NCBI GenBank assembly: GCA_977016875.1
Contig: CDRNST010000273.1
Span: forward strand, 5,146,001-5,210,000
DNA length: 64,000 nt
Reading direction: 5' to 3'
DNA from: Pavona decussata
Lineage: Eukaryota
Made by a program: the position numbers and the translations under genes. Shown piece by piece: positions 1-11,747 of this stretch. The notes under the pieces were generated by a model, which saw only the letters and a program-made list of their open reading frames with translations, was not told where the DNA came from and ran no database searches. Position 1 is the first letter of the stretch. The number at the start of each line of letters is the position of its first letter.

Positions 1-8
1 TCTTTAAA

Positions 9-1300
9 TTAATGCAAATCTTTTGCTGCTTTGCAGACAGCAGTGAATGCAATTTCTTTGTTGTCAAATGTTACAGTAGTGGCTGTGTACGGAGGCAGCC
101 TTGTTGCTTAAATGGTGCCTTTGATGTGGCCAAATGGTGTTACAACTTGGCCATAGTTGTTGCTGAATAAAAATTTGTATTATTTTTGCAAATGGCATTT
201 TGGGATACAATGAATTTGTTTTATCTACTCAATCAGTTCTTATTGAGACTTTGTCATCTTTCTTGAATTTTAATTGTATGCATTGTACCTTTTTCTTTCC
301 ACATTCTGTTGGCACTTTTGAGAAGGCCTTGTGTCATTGGTGTTCTTGGCGATTGGTGTGCAATCTTTGTTCCATTTTGAAAACAGTAGTGCTTCATTCC
401 ATGGTTGTAAATTTTTTTTCCATTGTCAGATACATACTGACTATAGTCATCTGTATTTCTAAATTTAATTTTATCAGGTACATAGTAGTTGTGAAAAATC
501 AAGTCACGAGTACGATATTCACGGTATACCACAAGAAGGGACTGGATGACTAATTTATCCCATATGCCACTCATTGAATTTACTTTCCTGTTCGATGTCT
601 GGTCCCAGGAATTCAAAATTGAGGTCAAAACTGGGGTATTCTGGTTCCATGTTATAGTTGTTGACAGTAATTTTTTTCGGAATGAAAATTTTGACCTGTC
701 GCAGGCTCTTCAATCGATCTTTTTGGCGGGAAAAAATTTTAGGCCACAAGGAACACTGTGATTTTTTGTGGAATACTTCCTGTTGTTACAGGTTTCTAGC
801 TTTCTGGTTGCCTGTATTCTTTATGGCATGGGATAAATATTATATATATATGAATTTTCTTTTGCGGGTAACCGTTTTATTGTAAAGGGGAAGGACTTGT
901 ATAAACTTGGTGTGGTGGCCAATGAAAGTTACTGCCCATTTGTGGGACTCTGGTTTGGCTTTCAGGGGCAGTTTCAAATGTCCATTAAATGTATTGCTTG
1001 TAAAGATAGAAATGTTTCAGCTTCAAGAGGTTGTTTGACTGGTTTCACTCTACCTTTTACTGTTCTATGTTTTTGGTGAAATTTGCTTATTTTCACAAAA
1101 AGGTTCACAACTTTTTTATTTGTCTGTGTAGTTTTTGGTGAACCACTTCATGATGCTTGTCTCCTGCGATGTGTTATTCTGTTGTGGGCGAAGGAAAATA
1201 CATCTGTACACGATAATGTGTTGTTTGGGAGTGACTTTCTTGTTGTCTTCTGAGATTGTACTACCATTAGAGTACTTCCATTTCTTATGAACTAGAGATT
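9..1300 (-). pseudogene. Degenerate rve-type DDE integrase of the KRBA2/SCAND3/Ginger-like class (repeated in every array unit)
   Basis: Manual minus-strand translation across frameshifts gives, in order: AHNRITHRRRQ..KWFTKNY (H2C2-like), KPVKQPLEAETFLSLQAIHLMDI*NCP, KWAVTFIGHHTKFIQVLPLYNKT, SDNGKKIYNHGMKHYCFQNGTKIAHQSPRTPMTQGLLKSANR (rve core SDNG…PRTP.TQG), KFKKDDKVSIRTD*VDKT, and YGQVVTPFGHIKGTI*…FDNKEIAFTAVCKAAKDLH* (stop at 9-11). It has stops, frameshifts and about 400 bp of unrelated sequence near 450-870. Confidence 0.75.
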
Positions 1301-1714
1301 GAAACAAAGGAAGCTAGTTATAAAAAATTAAAACTGGTTGGAAAACAATGAAAATGATTCTGAAATAAATTATAAAATTGAACCACAACATACATGTATA
1401 CACTACCTGCATATAGCAAATGCCAATTGAGGCAAGAAGTTAAACAGATATGTTTTACTACACAAATTAGGTTGACTAAAAAGAAAAAAAGAAGAAAAGT
1501 GGCATTAGAAAAGTAAATGAATAAGTAAGTAGAAAACAAATAAGTATTACAAGTTACCCAGGTAATTGTGATAGAAGAAATGTACACAAAGGATATAGAC
1601 CATATTTAACAACTTTTCGCAGTGATCCATCCATTAAACTCATCACCAACAGGTGAGTGTGGGGACGGTGCCCGCAAGGTCTGGGGGAGCCTCAAGCAAG
1701 TGCAAAAGGGGGCA

Positions 1715-2400
1715 AAGGCAGTGGATGAGGGCTGCATCAGTACGATCTTTTAAAAAGCTGCAGCCCAGTTGGGATCTGTTGCTCATTACTTTTTCACTAT
1801 GAAATCACATCAATGTCTGGATTGACATCTTTAGCAGCAGCACTATTAGTGGGCAATTCCCTCTGCGAGACATCTATGCATGCACCATCTAAGAAACCAA
1901 ACTGTCTCAACTGGTAATGAAGTTCTTGATTAGTAGGCTGTATTTCTGATACCTGCCTAGAACTGAACGGGTGAGCTGACTGGAATAACTGAACAGTCTC
2001 CTGCCAACCTCCGTCTACAAAGTGTGATATAAAGTAATGATATGCTGGCTGAAGGCAAGCCAATGCTTATGCTTCCCACTGATTGGTGAAGAGCAATGTT
2101 TCCATGAACTGTTGCCCCAATAACAGCACTGCAATTAGGAAAGCAATGATTCGTCACTTCCGCCTCAAATTTCCTGATCTCTTCATCAGCTATAAGGGAA
2201 AGTGGCCCATCTTCTTCAAAGTCATGACATCAAATGTGATTGCAGGTTCTACTCCTTTAACTGGGCTAATTGCTGTGAACCATTAATGATGGGCTGACGT
2301 TTTTGTTTCTGTTTCCTCTGGTAGGCCCTCTCCATTGACAAAAGTTGGAATGTCACCAAAACAGTTAAGCACTTGATTAACTGATGGTTTACAGCCACCT
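1715..2400 (-). pseudogene. hAT-like transposase C-terminal fragment (repeated in every unit)
   Basis: QVLNCFGDIPTFV…EEDGPLSLIADEEIRKF…HCFPNCSAV…ACLQPAYHYF…ELPTNSAAAKDVNPDIDVIS…PNWAAAF*KIVLMQPSS resembles the hAT dimerisation motif (W….P.W…..K…QPSSA). It carries stops and frameshifts. Confidence 0.7.
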
Positions 2401-2833
2401 CTTTGAAACCCCCTACAACCTATACATGTTCTGAAAGAAGAGATTCCATACTATTATCTTTAATACCGAGGTATATAACAGAAGCTAAAGAAAAAATATG
2501 ACAAATCTTGAAAACGAAAAAAAACAAGAAAAATAAGAAAATTTTGCAAATGTCAAACTGTTAGCCAAATGGAACAGGTCTTAAACAGAGAATATGAATG
2601 TTTTAGTCACTTTAACACTGATTGAAAAAGTTTGCCACATGAGAACCTTTCAAAAACAAATTTTGCTAGTTGGATCTCATTCTGACAGATCATATGAATT
2701 GTACCGTATGCGCAATAAATATTACTGTACCAGTTCAACAAAAACTGTTCACACAAAAGTGGTACATTGAAATGCTTCCAAAAAGCTGCTTCAATGATAA
2801 ACTTTTTCACTATTTACATAGTATAGAAAGTTT

Positions 2834-3612
2834 TCATCTGGATCTTCCTTGAAGTGGCCTACCAGGTCCAGCCCTTGGTCTACCATTGGCATCCTTTAGC
2901 CTTTTGGGGCAATCTCTTGATGGATCGTCAAAAAGGTACTCGTGTAAGTTGTGGTACCTCTCAAAACATGGTGCTGGACAGATGCCCAATCATTGCTGGT
3001 GTCAACCAGTTGGATGAACACTTTGCATTTCCTGTGAGTTTCAGTGACCACAGGGTGGTGAAAGAGCATGTGATTGAAGCATGTGTCTGGCAGTATTTGA
3101 CTCCTGTCAGAAAACAATTTCCTCCGATTAGTTGTTGCAAGAGTGTATCTTTGAATTGACCAAGAGTGGTATCTGGGTGGCCTGCTTTCTGGTACAGGAT
3201 GTTTGCATTTAGCACAGCAACCTCAAGCATGACCAAACCGGCTTCTTTTCAAAGGCAAAAATTGCCTGAATTGGACTCTTCCCTTGAATTGTATCAAAGT
3301 TTCATCCAAAGATAAATTCTGTGATAGTGAGTATACTGAAGTAAACCTTGGAAACAGAATATTTAGAAATGGTCTTATTTTCTACAGTTTATCCCTATTA
3401 GGATCTGCAGGAACTGGTGCATTGTCATTGTTTACAAAATGCATAAGCCTTAGAATTGCAAGGTAGCAATCTCTAGCCATTGTGTTTGCGACTAATGGAG
3501 TATTAGTGACTGCATTAGAGGACCAGTACGATTTGAGGTTGTTTTTTTTTTTTTTAACTAAGCCCATGGCCCATGTGAGACCAAGCTAAGCTTTCAACTC
3601 AGGGACACCAAA
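2834..3612 (-). pseudogene. piggyBac transposase fragment with an internal deletion (repeated in every unit)
   Basis: VPELKA*LGLTWAMGLVKK…KSYWSS…TPLVANTMARDCYLAILRLMHFVNN…DKL*KIRPFL…LSLDETLIQFKGRVQFRQFLPLKRSRFG is joined near 3235 to MLEVAVLNANILY…FKDTLLQQLIG, followed by the Cys-rich tail HRKCKV…GICPAPCFERYH…GRSR* (stop 2834-2836). Confidence 0.85.
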
Positions 3613-4119
3613 ATTTGGGAGACTGCCTAATAAATCTGCATCAAGTTCACTTTTGCAACTTAAGCTTCTGGTTCACTTGCCTGATCTTTTCCAGGCTCAG
3701 CTTCATCGGTTTCTGCGTTTTCAACATTGTTTTCTGGTTGACCTTGGCCAAAAAATGCTGAAATCTTTCTTTGTTTTGACACGACCTCGTTCAGCTTGAT
3801 CAGTCACCATCTCACAAGCCCATGGGTTTCAATGAATAAAACTCCCTATAGCGATTACTTATACTAGTTCCCAGGGACCTGGAGTATGAACGGCCATTAT
3901 GTTTATGTCAGACTGGACTAGTATTCTCCGCATTTGGGTTCTGGTTCTTGCATATTCTCCCCAAATTTTAAATGGGATATTGCTTTCAAAAGATTTTGAA
4001 CAAGGAGAAATCACAAATTCCTTGCATCTACAAAATTTGAAGTGCACCAAAATGACCCAGGCAACGAATTTGAAGGGGACATTTTTGCTCAGACTGCGCC
4101 AATTCCGCAATGGCACGCT

Positions 4120-4455
4120 CTAGATCAGACACTGGGGAAGGTGTTAGGTTGCTAGGTGGCAGCTGTTGTATACATGGCTTTGGGCTGGTGTGATCTGGTG
4201 TCATCGCTGCTGGGGTTAGACCAGTTAGTGGCTTCGCAGGGGATGGTTGCGGTGGCAGCTCTGCTTGTGGTGGATTGGAGTTGGTTTGCTTGAGCGGGCT
4301 GTGTGGCAGCATGGCAAGGTGTCGCAGGTCATTGTCGATGGTGAGACGAGGTGGTGTGGTCTGTACTGGAAGGTATTTCCTCAAGAACTTGTGGTTGGGG
4401 GTGCTCATCCTTCCAGAGCGGTCAATGCGGATAACCTACTGGTCGAGTTCTGCTC
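4120..4455 (-). pseudogene. Gypsy-like LTR retrotransposon pol C-terminal fragment (repeated in every unit)
   Basis: DQ*VIRIDRSGRMSTPNHKFLRKYLPV resembles the post-integrase motif DQY.IR.DGSGR.T.RNRKFLRKY, and is followed by a Pro-rich tail (ORF 4028..4408). Confidence 0.55.
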
Positions 4456-4456
4456 T

Positions 4457-4652
4457 ATGCAATGTGTCAACTTCAACAGTGAGCAGGATCTTCATAACAT
4501 GGGTCAACTTTGTGTACTTTCAAAAGAACACATGAATATTTGGTGAAGGAGAGAAGTGGTTGATAGAACAATGCTCGAAGCATTCAAAAGCAAATACAAG
4601 TCTACTAGAGTAATTACTGATTGTACCAAAATTAGGTGTGAAATGCCCAGTA
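4457..4652 (+). pseudogene. ISL2EU / PIF-Harbinger-superfamily (HTH_Tnp_4 + DDE_Tnp_4) transposase fragment (repeated in every unit)
   Basis: NVSTSTVSRIFITWVNFVYFQ, then a frameshift to NIW*RREVVDRTMLEAFKSKYKSTRVITDCTKIRCEMPS, matching STVSRIF.TW…WP.RE….MP..FK..YP.TRVIIDCTE. Confidence 0.8.
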
Positions 4653-5873
4653 GGAACTCTTCAGTAATCTGCTAGATTATCATTACAAATAACCCTGTAT
4701 TTGCATGTGAAACACAAGGAGAATTTGAAATTGCCTGCTATGGCAACGATAGAATTTAATTTTTGTCATCGTTGTTGGAAAATGAACTTTGAATATGATT
4801 TTTATACTTCTTTGAATAGCCATTGTCTTTGAGTAACATGAATACTGCCTGATGGTTACTACTTGATCAAATTTGTTGGTCAAAAAAAAAGGAAGTGATC
4901 ACTAATGATGAATGTCTTGATGTTCAAGAAAATTCTCCCAACTAGTACACGTACAAAGAAATATATTGAGAATGATGAGGACCGTGTGACGATCCGAACT
5001 GACCAGGATGCGGCAAGAAAAGCCACTCCTTAACTAATATTTTGAAATTCTTATTTTCAATTCTAATTTAATGAAAGAAACTAAAACAAGAACTTGTTGA
5101 CACCAAACTGAGAGCAGGAAATTGTAGCAATTGATTAAAAATTTTAGCTTTGTTGAAGGGTTGTTAAACACAGACCGGATTATGGCCTGTGAACTTTGAT
5201 TCAAAGTTGTTTACGTAAATTACTGGAGTTCTCACCACTGACTTCTTCTTCTATGCCGTTTGTGTGAAATATACAAAGATTGTTTTCTCTCATTTTGACA
5301 TTATAATCATCTTACTTTCAATGTTAACTGCAGCTTTAAAATTTGTGTGTAGTGATTGTGCAATGTTGTGAAAAATTAGTAACAAACATCCAAGGCATTT
5401 ACAGATCAACACATATCTTCCTTGTGAACCAAACAAGTTGAACCAGCTTGGTTTTTGCAACTGCCAAATCAGTCATGAATGATATGTACTGTGAAATGGG
5501 TTTCTAATAGGTCACCTGCATCCTTGATATCCGAAAAACCGTTGCAAAATCTGTATTCTAAATTAGCTATTTTATTTTTACATGCACATCTTTCTTTGAA
5601 TTCAAAGAGAAATTTTATAGCCAGTACAGGTGGCTACCTATATCTGTACGGCCAGCAGAATTCTGCCAGTTCCCGGTTCTTTTTGTTTTTCTCTTTGACC
5701 ATTACTGTTGCTGGCTTCTACTTGTTGTGTGAAATGGTGTTATTGTGACTAATAATAGTAATAATTAATAGAAATTAAATCAGTTTATAAACTTCACCCT
5801 TTAAAAATAAGATTGCTTTATCTAGCATTAGTAACCTACAAATAATAAATAATATTTTAAGAACAATTTAAAT

Positions 5874-8800
5874 TCTTTAAATTAATGCAAATCTTTTGCT
5901 GCTTTGCAGACAGCAGTGAATGCAATTTCTTTGTTGTCAAATGTTACAGTAGTGGCTGTGTACGGAGGCAGCCTTGTTGCTTAAATGGTGCCTTTGATGT
6001 GGCCAAATGGTGTTACAACTTGGCCATAGTTGTTGCTGAATAAAAATTTGTATTATTTTTGCAAATGGCATTTTGGGATACAATGAATTTGTTTTATCTA
6101 CTCAATCAGTTCTTATTGAGACTTTGTCATCTTTCTTGAATTTTAATTGTATGCATTGTACCTTTTTCTTTCCACATTCTGTTGGCACTTTTGAGAAGGC
6201 CTTGTGTCATTGGTGTTCTTGGCGATTGGTGTGCAATCTTTGTTCCATTTTGAAAACAGTAGTGCTTCATTCCATGGTTGTAAATTTTTTTTCCATTGTC
6301 AGATACATACTGACTATAGTCATCTGTATTTCTAAATTTAATTTTATCAGGTACATAGTAGTTGTGAAAAATCAAGTCACGAGTACGATATTCACGGTAT
6401 ACCACAAGAAGGGACTGGATGACTAATTTATCCCATATGCCACTCATTGAATTTACTTTCCTGTTCGATGTCTGGTCCCAGGAATTCAAAATTGAGGTCA
6501 AAACTGGGGTATTCTGGTTCCATGTTATAGTTGTTGACAGTAATTTTTTTCGGAATGAAAATTTTGACCTGTCGCAGGCTCTTCAATCGATCTTTTTGGC
6601 GGGAAAAAATTTTAGGCCACAAGGAACACTGTGATTTTTTGTGGAATACTTCCTGTTGTTACAGGTTTCTAGCTTTCTGGTTGCCTGTATTCTTTATGGC
6701 ATGGGATAAATATTATATATATATGAATTTTCTTTTGCGGGTAACCGTTTTATTGTAAAGGGGAAGGACTTGTATAAACTTGGTGTGGTGGCCAATGAAA
6801 GTTACTGCCCATTTGTGGGACTCTGGTTTGGCTTTCAGGGGCAGTTTCAAATGTCCATTAAATGTATTGCTTGTAAAGATAGAAATGTTTCAGCTTCAAG
6901 AGGTTGTTTGACTGGTTTCACTCTACCTTTTACTGTTCTATGTTTTTGGTGAAATTTGCTTATTTTCACAAAAAGGTTCACAACTTTTTTATTTGTCTGT
7001 GTAGTTTTTGGTGAACCACTTCATGATGCTTGTCTCCTGCGATGTGTTATTCTGTTGTGGGCGAAGGAAAATACATCTGTACACGATAATGTGTTGTTTG
7101 GGAGTGACTTTCTTGTTGTCTTCTGAGATTGTACTACCATTAGAGTACTTCCATTTCTTATGAACTAGAGATTGAAACAAAGGAAGCTAGTTATAAAAAA
7201 TTAAAACTGGTTGGAAAACAATGAAAATGATTCTGAAATAAATTATAAAATTGAACCACAACATACATGTATACACTACCTGCATATAGCAAATGCCAAT
7301 TGAGGCAAGAAGTTAAACAGATATGTTTTACTACACAAATTAGGTTGACTAAAAAGAAAAAAAGAAGAAAAGTGGCATTAGAAAAGTAAATGAATAAGTA
7401 AGTAGAAAACAAATAAGTATTACAAGTTACCCAGGTAATTGTGATAGAAGAAATGTACACAAAGGATATAGACCATATTTAACAACTTTTCGCAGTGATC
7501 CATCCATTAAACTCATCACCAACAGGTGAGTGTGGGGACGATGCCCGCAAGGTCTGGGGGAGCCTCAAGCAAGTGCAAAAGGGGGCAAAGGCAGTGGATG
7601 AGGGCTGCATCAGTACGATCTTTTAAAAAGCTGCAGCCCAGTTGGGATCTGTTGCTCATTACTTTTTCACTATGAAATCACATCAATGTCTGGATTGACA
7701 TCTTTAGCAGCAGCACTATTAGTGGGCAATTCCCTCTGCGAGACATCTATGCATGCACCATCTAAGAAACCAAACTGTCTCAACTGGTAATGAAGTTCTT
7801 GATTAGTAGGCTGTATTTCTGATACCTGCCTAGAACTGAACGGGTGAGCTGACTGGAATAACTGAACAGTCTCCTGCCAACCTCCGTCTACAAAGTGTGA
7901 TATAAAGTAATGATATGCTGGCTGAAGGCAAGCCAATGCTTATGCTTCCCACTGATTGGTGAAGAGCAATGTTTCCATGAACTGTTGCCCCAATAACAGC
8001 ACTGCAATTAGGAAAGCAATGATTCGTCACTTCCGCCTCAAATTTCCTGATCTCTTCATCAGCTATAAGGGAAAGTGGCCCATCTTCTTCAAAGTCATGA
8101 CATCAAATGTGATTGCAGGTTCTACTCCTTTAACTGGGCTAATTGCTGTGAACCATTAATGATGGGCTGACGTTTTTGTTTCTGTTTCCTCTGGTAGGCC
8201 CTCTCCATTGACAAAAGTTGGAATGTCACCAAAACAGTTAAGCACTTGATTAACTGATGGTTTACAGCCACCTCTTTGAAACCCCCTACAACCTATACAT
8301 GTTCTGAAAGAAGAGATTCCATACTATTATCTTTAATACCGAGGTATATAACAGAAGCTAAAGAAAAAATATGACAAATCTTGAAAACGAAAAAAAACAA
8401 GAAAAATAAGAAAATTTTGCAAATGTCAAACTGTTAGCCAAATGGAACAGGTCTTAAACAGAGAATATGAATGTTTTAGTCACTTTAACACTGATTGAAA
8501 AAGTTTGCCACATGAGAACCTTTCAAAAACAAATTTTGCTAGTTGGATCTCATTCTGACAGATCATATGAATTGTACCGTATGCGCAATAAATATTACTG
8601 TACCAGTTCAACAAAAACTGTTCACACAAAAGTGGTACATTGAAATGCTTCCAAAAAGCTGCTTCAATGATAAACTTTTTCACTATTTACATAGTATAGA
8701 AAGTTTTCATCTGGATCTTCCTTGAAGTGGCCTACCAGGTCCAGCCCTTGGTCTACCATTGGCATCCTTTAGCCTTTTGGGGCAATCTCTTGATGGATCG

Positions 8801-11747
8801 TCAAAAAGGTACTCGTGTAAGTTGTGGTACCTCTCAAAACATGGTGCTGGACAGATGCCCAATCATTGCTGGTGTCAACCAGTTGGATGAACACTTTGCA
8901 TTTCCTGTGAGTTTCAGTGACCACAGGGTGGTGAAAGAGCATGTGATTGAAGCATGTGTCTGGCAGTATTTGACTCCTGTCAGAAAACAATTTCCTCCGA
9001 TTAGTTGTTGCAAGAGTGTATCTTTGAATTGACCAAGAGTGGTATCTGGGTGGCCTGCTTTCTGGTACAGGATGTTTGCATTTAGCACAGCAACCTCAAG
9101 CATGACCAAACCGGCTTCTTTTCAAAGGCAAAAATTGCCTGAATTGGACTCTTCCCTTGAATTGTATCAAAGTTTCATCCAAAGATAAATTCTGTGATAG
9201 TGAGTATACTGAAGTAAACCTTGGAAACAGAATATTTAGAAATGGTCTTATTTTCTACAGTTTATCCCTATTAGGATCTGCAGGAACTGGTGCATTGTCA
9301 TTGTTTACAAAATGCATAAGCCTTAGAATTGCAAGGTAGCAATCTCTAGCCATTGTGTTTGCGACTAATGGAGTATTAGTGACTGCATTAGAGGACCAGT
9401 ACGATTTGAGGTTGTTTTTTTTTTTTTTTAACTAAGCCCATGGCCCATGTGAGACCAAGCTAAGCTTTCAACTCAGGGACACCAAAATTTGGGAGACTGC
9501 CTAATAAATCTGCATCAAGTTCACTTTTGCAACTTAAGCTTCTGGTTCACTTGCCTGATCTTTTCCAGGCTCAGCTTCATCGGTTTCTGCGTTTTCAACA
9601 TTGTTTTCTGGTTGACCTTGGCCAAAAAATGCTGAAATCTTTCTTTGTTTTGACACGACCTCGTTCAGCTTGATCAGTCACCATCTCACAAGCCCATGGG
9701 TTTCAATGAATAAAACTCCCTATAGCGATTACTTATACTAGTTCCCAGGGACCTGGAGTATGAACGGCCATTATGTTTATGTCAGACTGGACTAGTATTC
9801 TCCGCATTTGGGTTCTGGTTCTTGCATATTCTCCCCAAATTTTAAATGGGATATTGCTTTCAAAAGATTTTGAACAAGGAGAAATCACAAATTCCTTGCA
9901 TCTACAAAATTTGAAGTGCACCAAAATGACCCAGGCAACGAATTTGAAGGGGACATTTTTGCTCAGACTGCGCCAATTCCGCAATGGCACGCTCTAGATC
10001 AGACACTGGGGAAGGTGTTAGGTTGCTAGGTGGCAGCTGTTGTATACATGGCTTTGGGCTGGTGTGATCTGGTGTCATCGCTGCTGGGGTTAGACCAGTT
10101 AGTGGCTTCGCAGGGGATGGTTGCGGTGGCAGCTCTGCTTGTGGTGGATTGGAGTTGGTTTGCTTGAGCGGGCTGTGTGGCAGCATGGCAAGGTGTCGCA
10201 GGTCATTGTCGATGGTGAGACGAGGTGGTGTGGTCTGTACTGGAAGGTATTTCCTCAAGAACTTGTGGTTGGGGGTGCTCATCCTTCCAGAGCGGTCAAT
10301 GCGGATAACCTACTGGTCGAGTTCTGCTCTATGCAATGTGTCAACTTCAACAGTGAGCAGGATCTTCATAACATGGGTCAACTTTGTGTACTTTCAAAAG
10401 AACACATGAATATTTGGTGAAGGAGAGAAGTGGTTGATAGAACAATGCTCGAAGCATTCAAAAGCAAATACAAGTCTACTAGAGTAATTACTGATTGTAC
10501 CAAAATTAGGTGTGAAATGCCCAGTAGGAACTCTTCAGTAATCTGCTAGATTATCATTACAAATAACCCTGTATTTGCATGTGAAACACAAGGAGAATTT
10601 GAAATTGCCTGCTATGGCAACGATAGAATTTAATTTTTGTCATCGTTGTTGGAAAATGAACTTTGAATATGATTTTTATACTTCTTTGAATAGCCATTGT
10701 CTTTGAGTAACATGAATACTGCCTGATGGTTACTACTTGATCAAATTTGTTGGTCAAAAAAAAAGGAAGTGATCACTAATGATGAATGTCTTGATGTTCA
10801 AGAAAATTCTCCCAACTAGTACACGTACAAAGAAATATATTGAGAATGATGAGGACCGTGTGACGATCCGAACTGACCAGGATGCGGCAAGAAAAGCCAC
10901 TCCTTAACTAATATTTTGAAATTCTTATTTTCAATTCTAATTTAATGAAAGAAACTAAAACAAGAACTTGTTGACACCAAACTGAGAGCAGGAAATTGTA
11001 GCAATTGATTAAAAATTTTAGCTTTGTTGAAGGGTTGTTAAACACAGATCGGATTATGGCCTGTGAACTTTGATTCAAAGTTGTTTACGTAAATTACTGG
11101 AGTTCTCACCACTGACTTCTTCTTCTATGCCGTTTGTGTGAAATATACAAAGATTGTTTTCTCTCATTTTGACATTATAATCATCTTACTTTCAATGTTA
11201 ACTGCAGCTTTAAAATTTGTGTGTAGTGATTGTGCAATGTTGTGAAAAATTAGTAACAAACATCCAAGGCATTTACAGATCAACACATATCTTCCTTGTG
11301 AACCAAACAAGTTGAACCAGCTTGGTTTTTGCAACTGCCAAATCAGTCATGAATGATATGTACTGTGAAATGGGTTTCTAATAGGTCACCTGCATCCTTG
11401 ATATCCGAAAAACCGTTGCAAAATCTGTATTCTAAATTAGCTATTTTATTTTTACATGCACATCTTTCTTTGAATTCAAAGAGAAATTTTATAGCCAGTA
11501 CAGGTGGCTACCTATATCTGTACGGCCAGCAGAATTCTGCCAGTTCCCGGTTCTTTTTGTTTTTCTCTTTGACCATTACTGTTGCTGGCTTCTACTTGTT
11601 GTGTGAAATGGTGTTATTGTGACTAATAATAGTAATAATTAATAGAAATTAAATCAGTTTATAAACTTCACCCTTTAAAAATAAGATTGCTTTATCTAGC
11701 ATTAGTAACCTACAAATAATAAATAATATTTTAAGAACAATTTAAAT
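5874..11747. repeat. Array unit copy 2 (5874 bp, T15 run)
   Basis: Direct periodicity; private G>A at 7541; C>T at 11049 shared with copy 3. Confidence 0.95.

Larger units (their letters stand above)
1..5873. repeat. Array unit copy 1 (5873 bp)
   Basis: Direct sequence periodicity. Confidence 0.95.

Noticed and set aside
127-153. TGGCCAA…TTGGCCA hairpin as a Helitron 3' end (rolling-circle origin of the array)
   Set aside because: It lies inside the integrase reading frame (YGQVVTPFGH), has no CTRR terminus after it, and no Rep/helicase is present.
3830-4080. Possible retroviral integrase fragment (…TPGPWELV*VIAIG)
   Set aside because: A single weak motif, too degenerate to call.
4895-4985. 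Remnant of a short non-autonomous repeat around the Tc1 target site
   Set aside because: It resembles a repeat I recall from coral genomes, but no termini or TSD are visible and I cannot verify it without a library search.
200-5748. The many 60-120 aa plus-strand ORFs in each unit
   Set aside because: Mostly antisense shadows of transposon fossils, with alternative starts and no recognisable domains.
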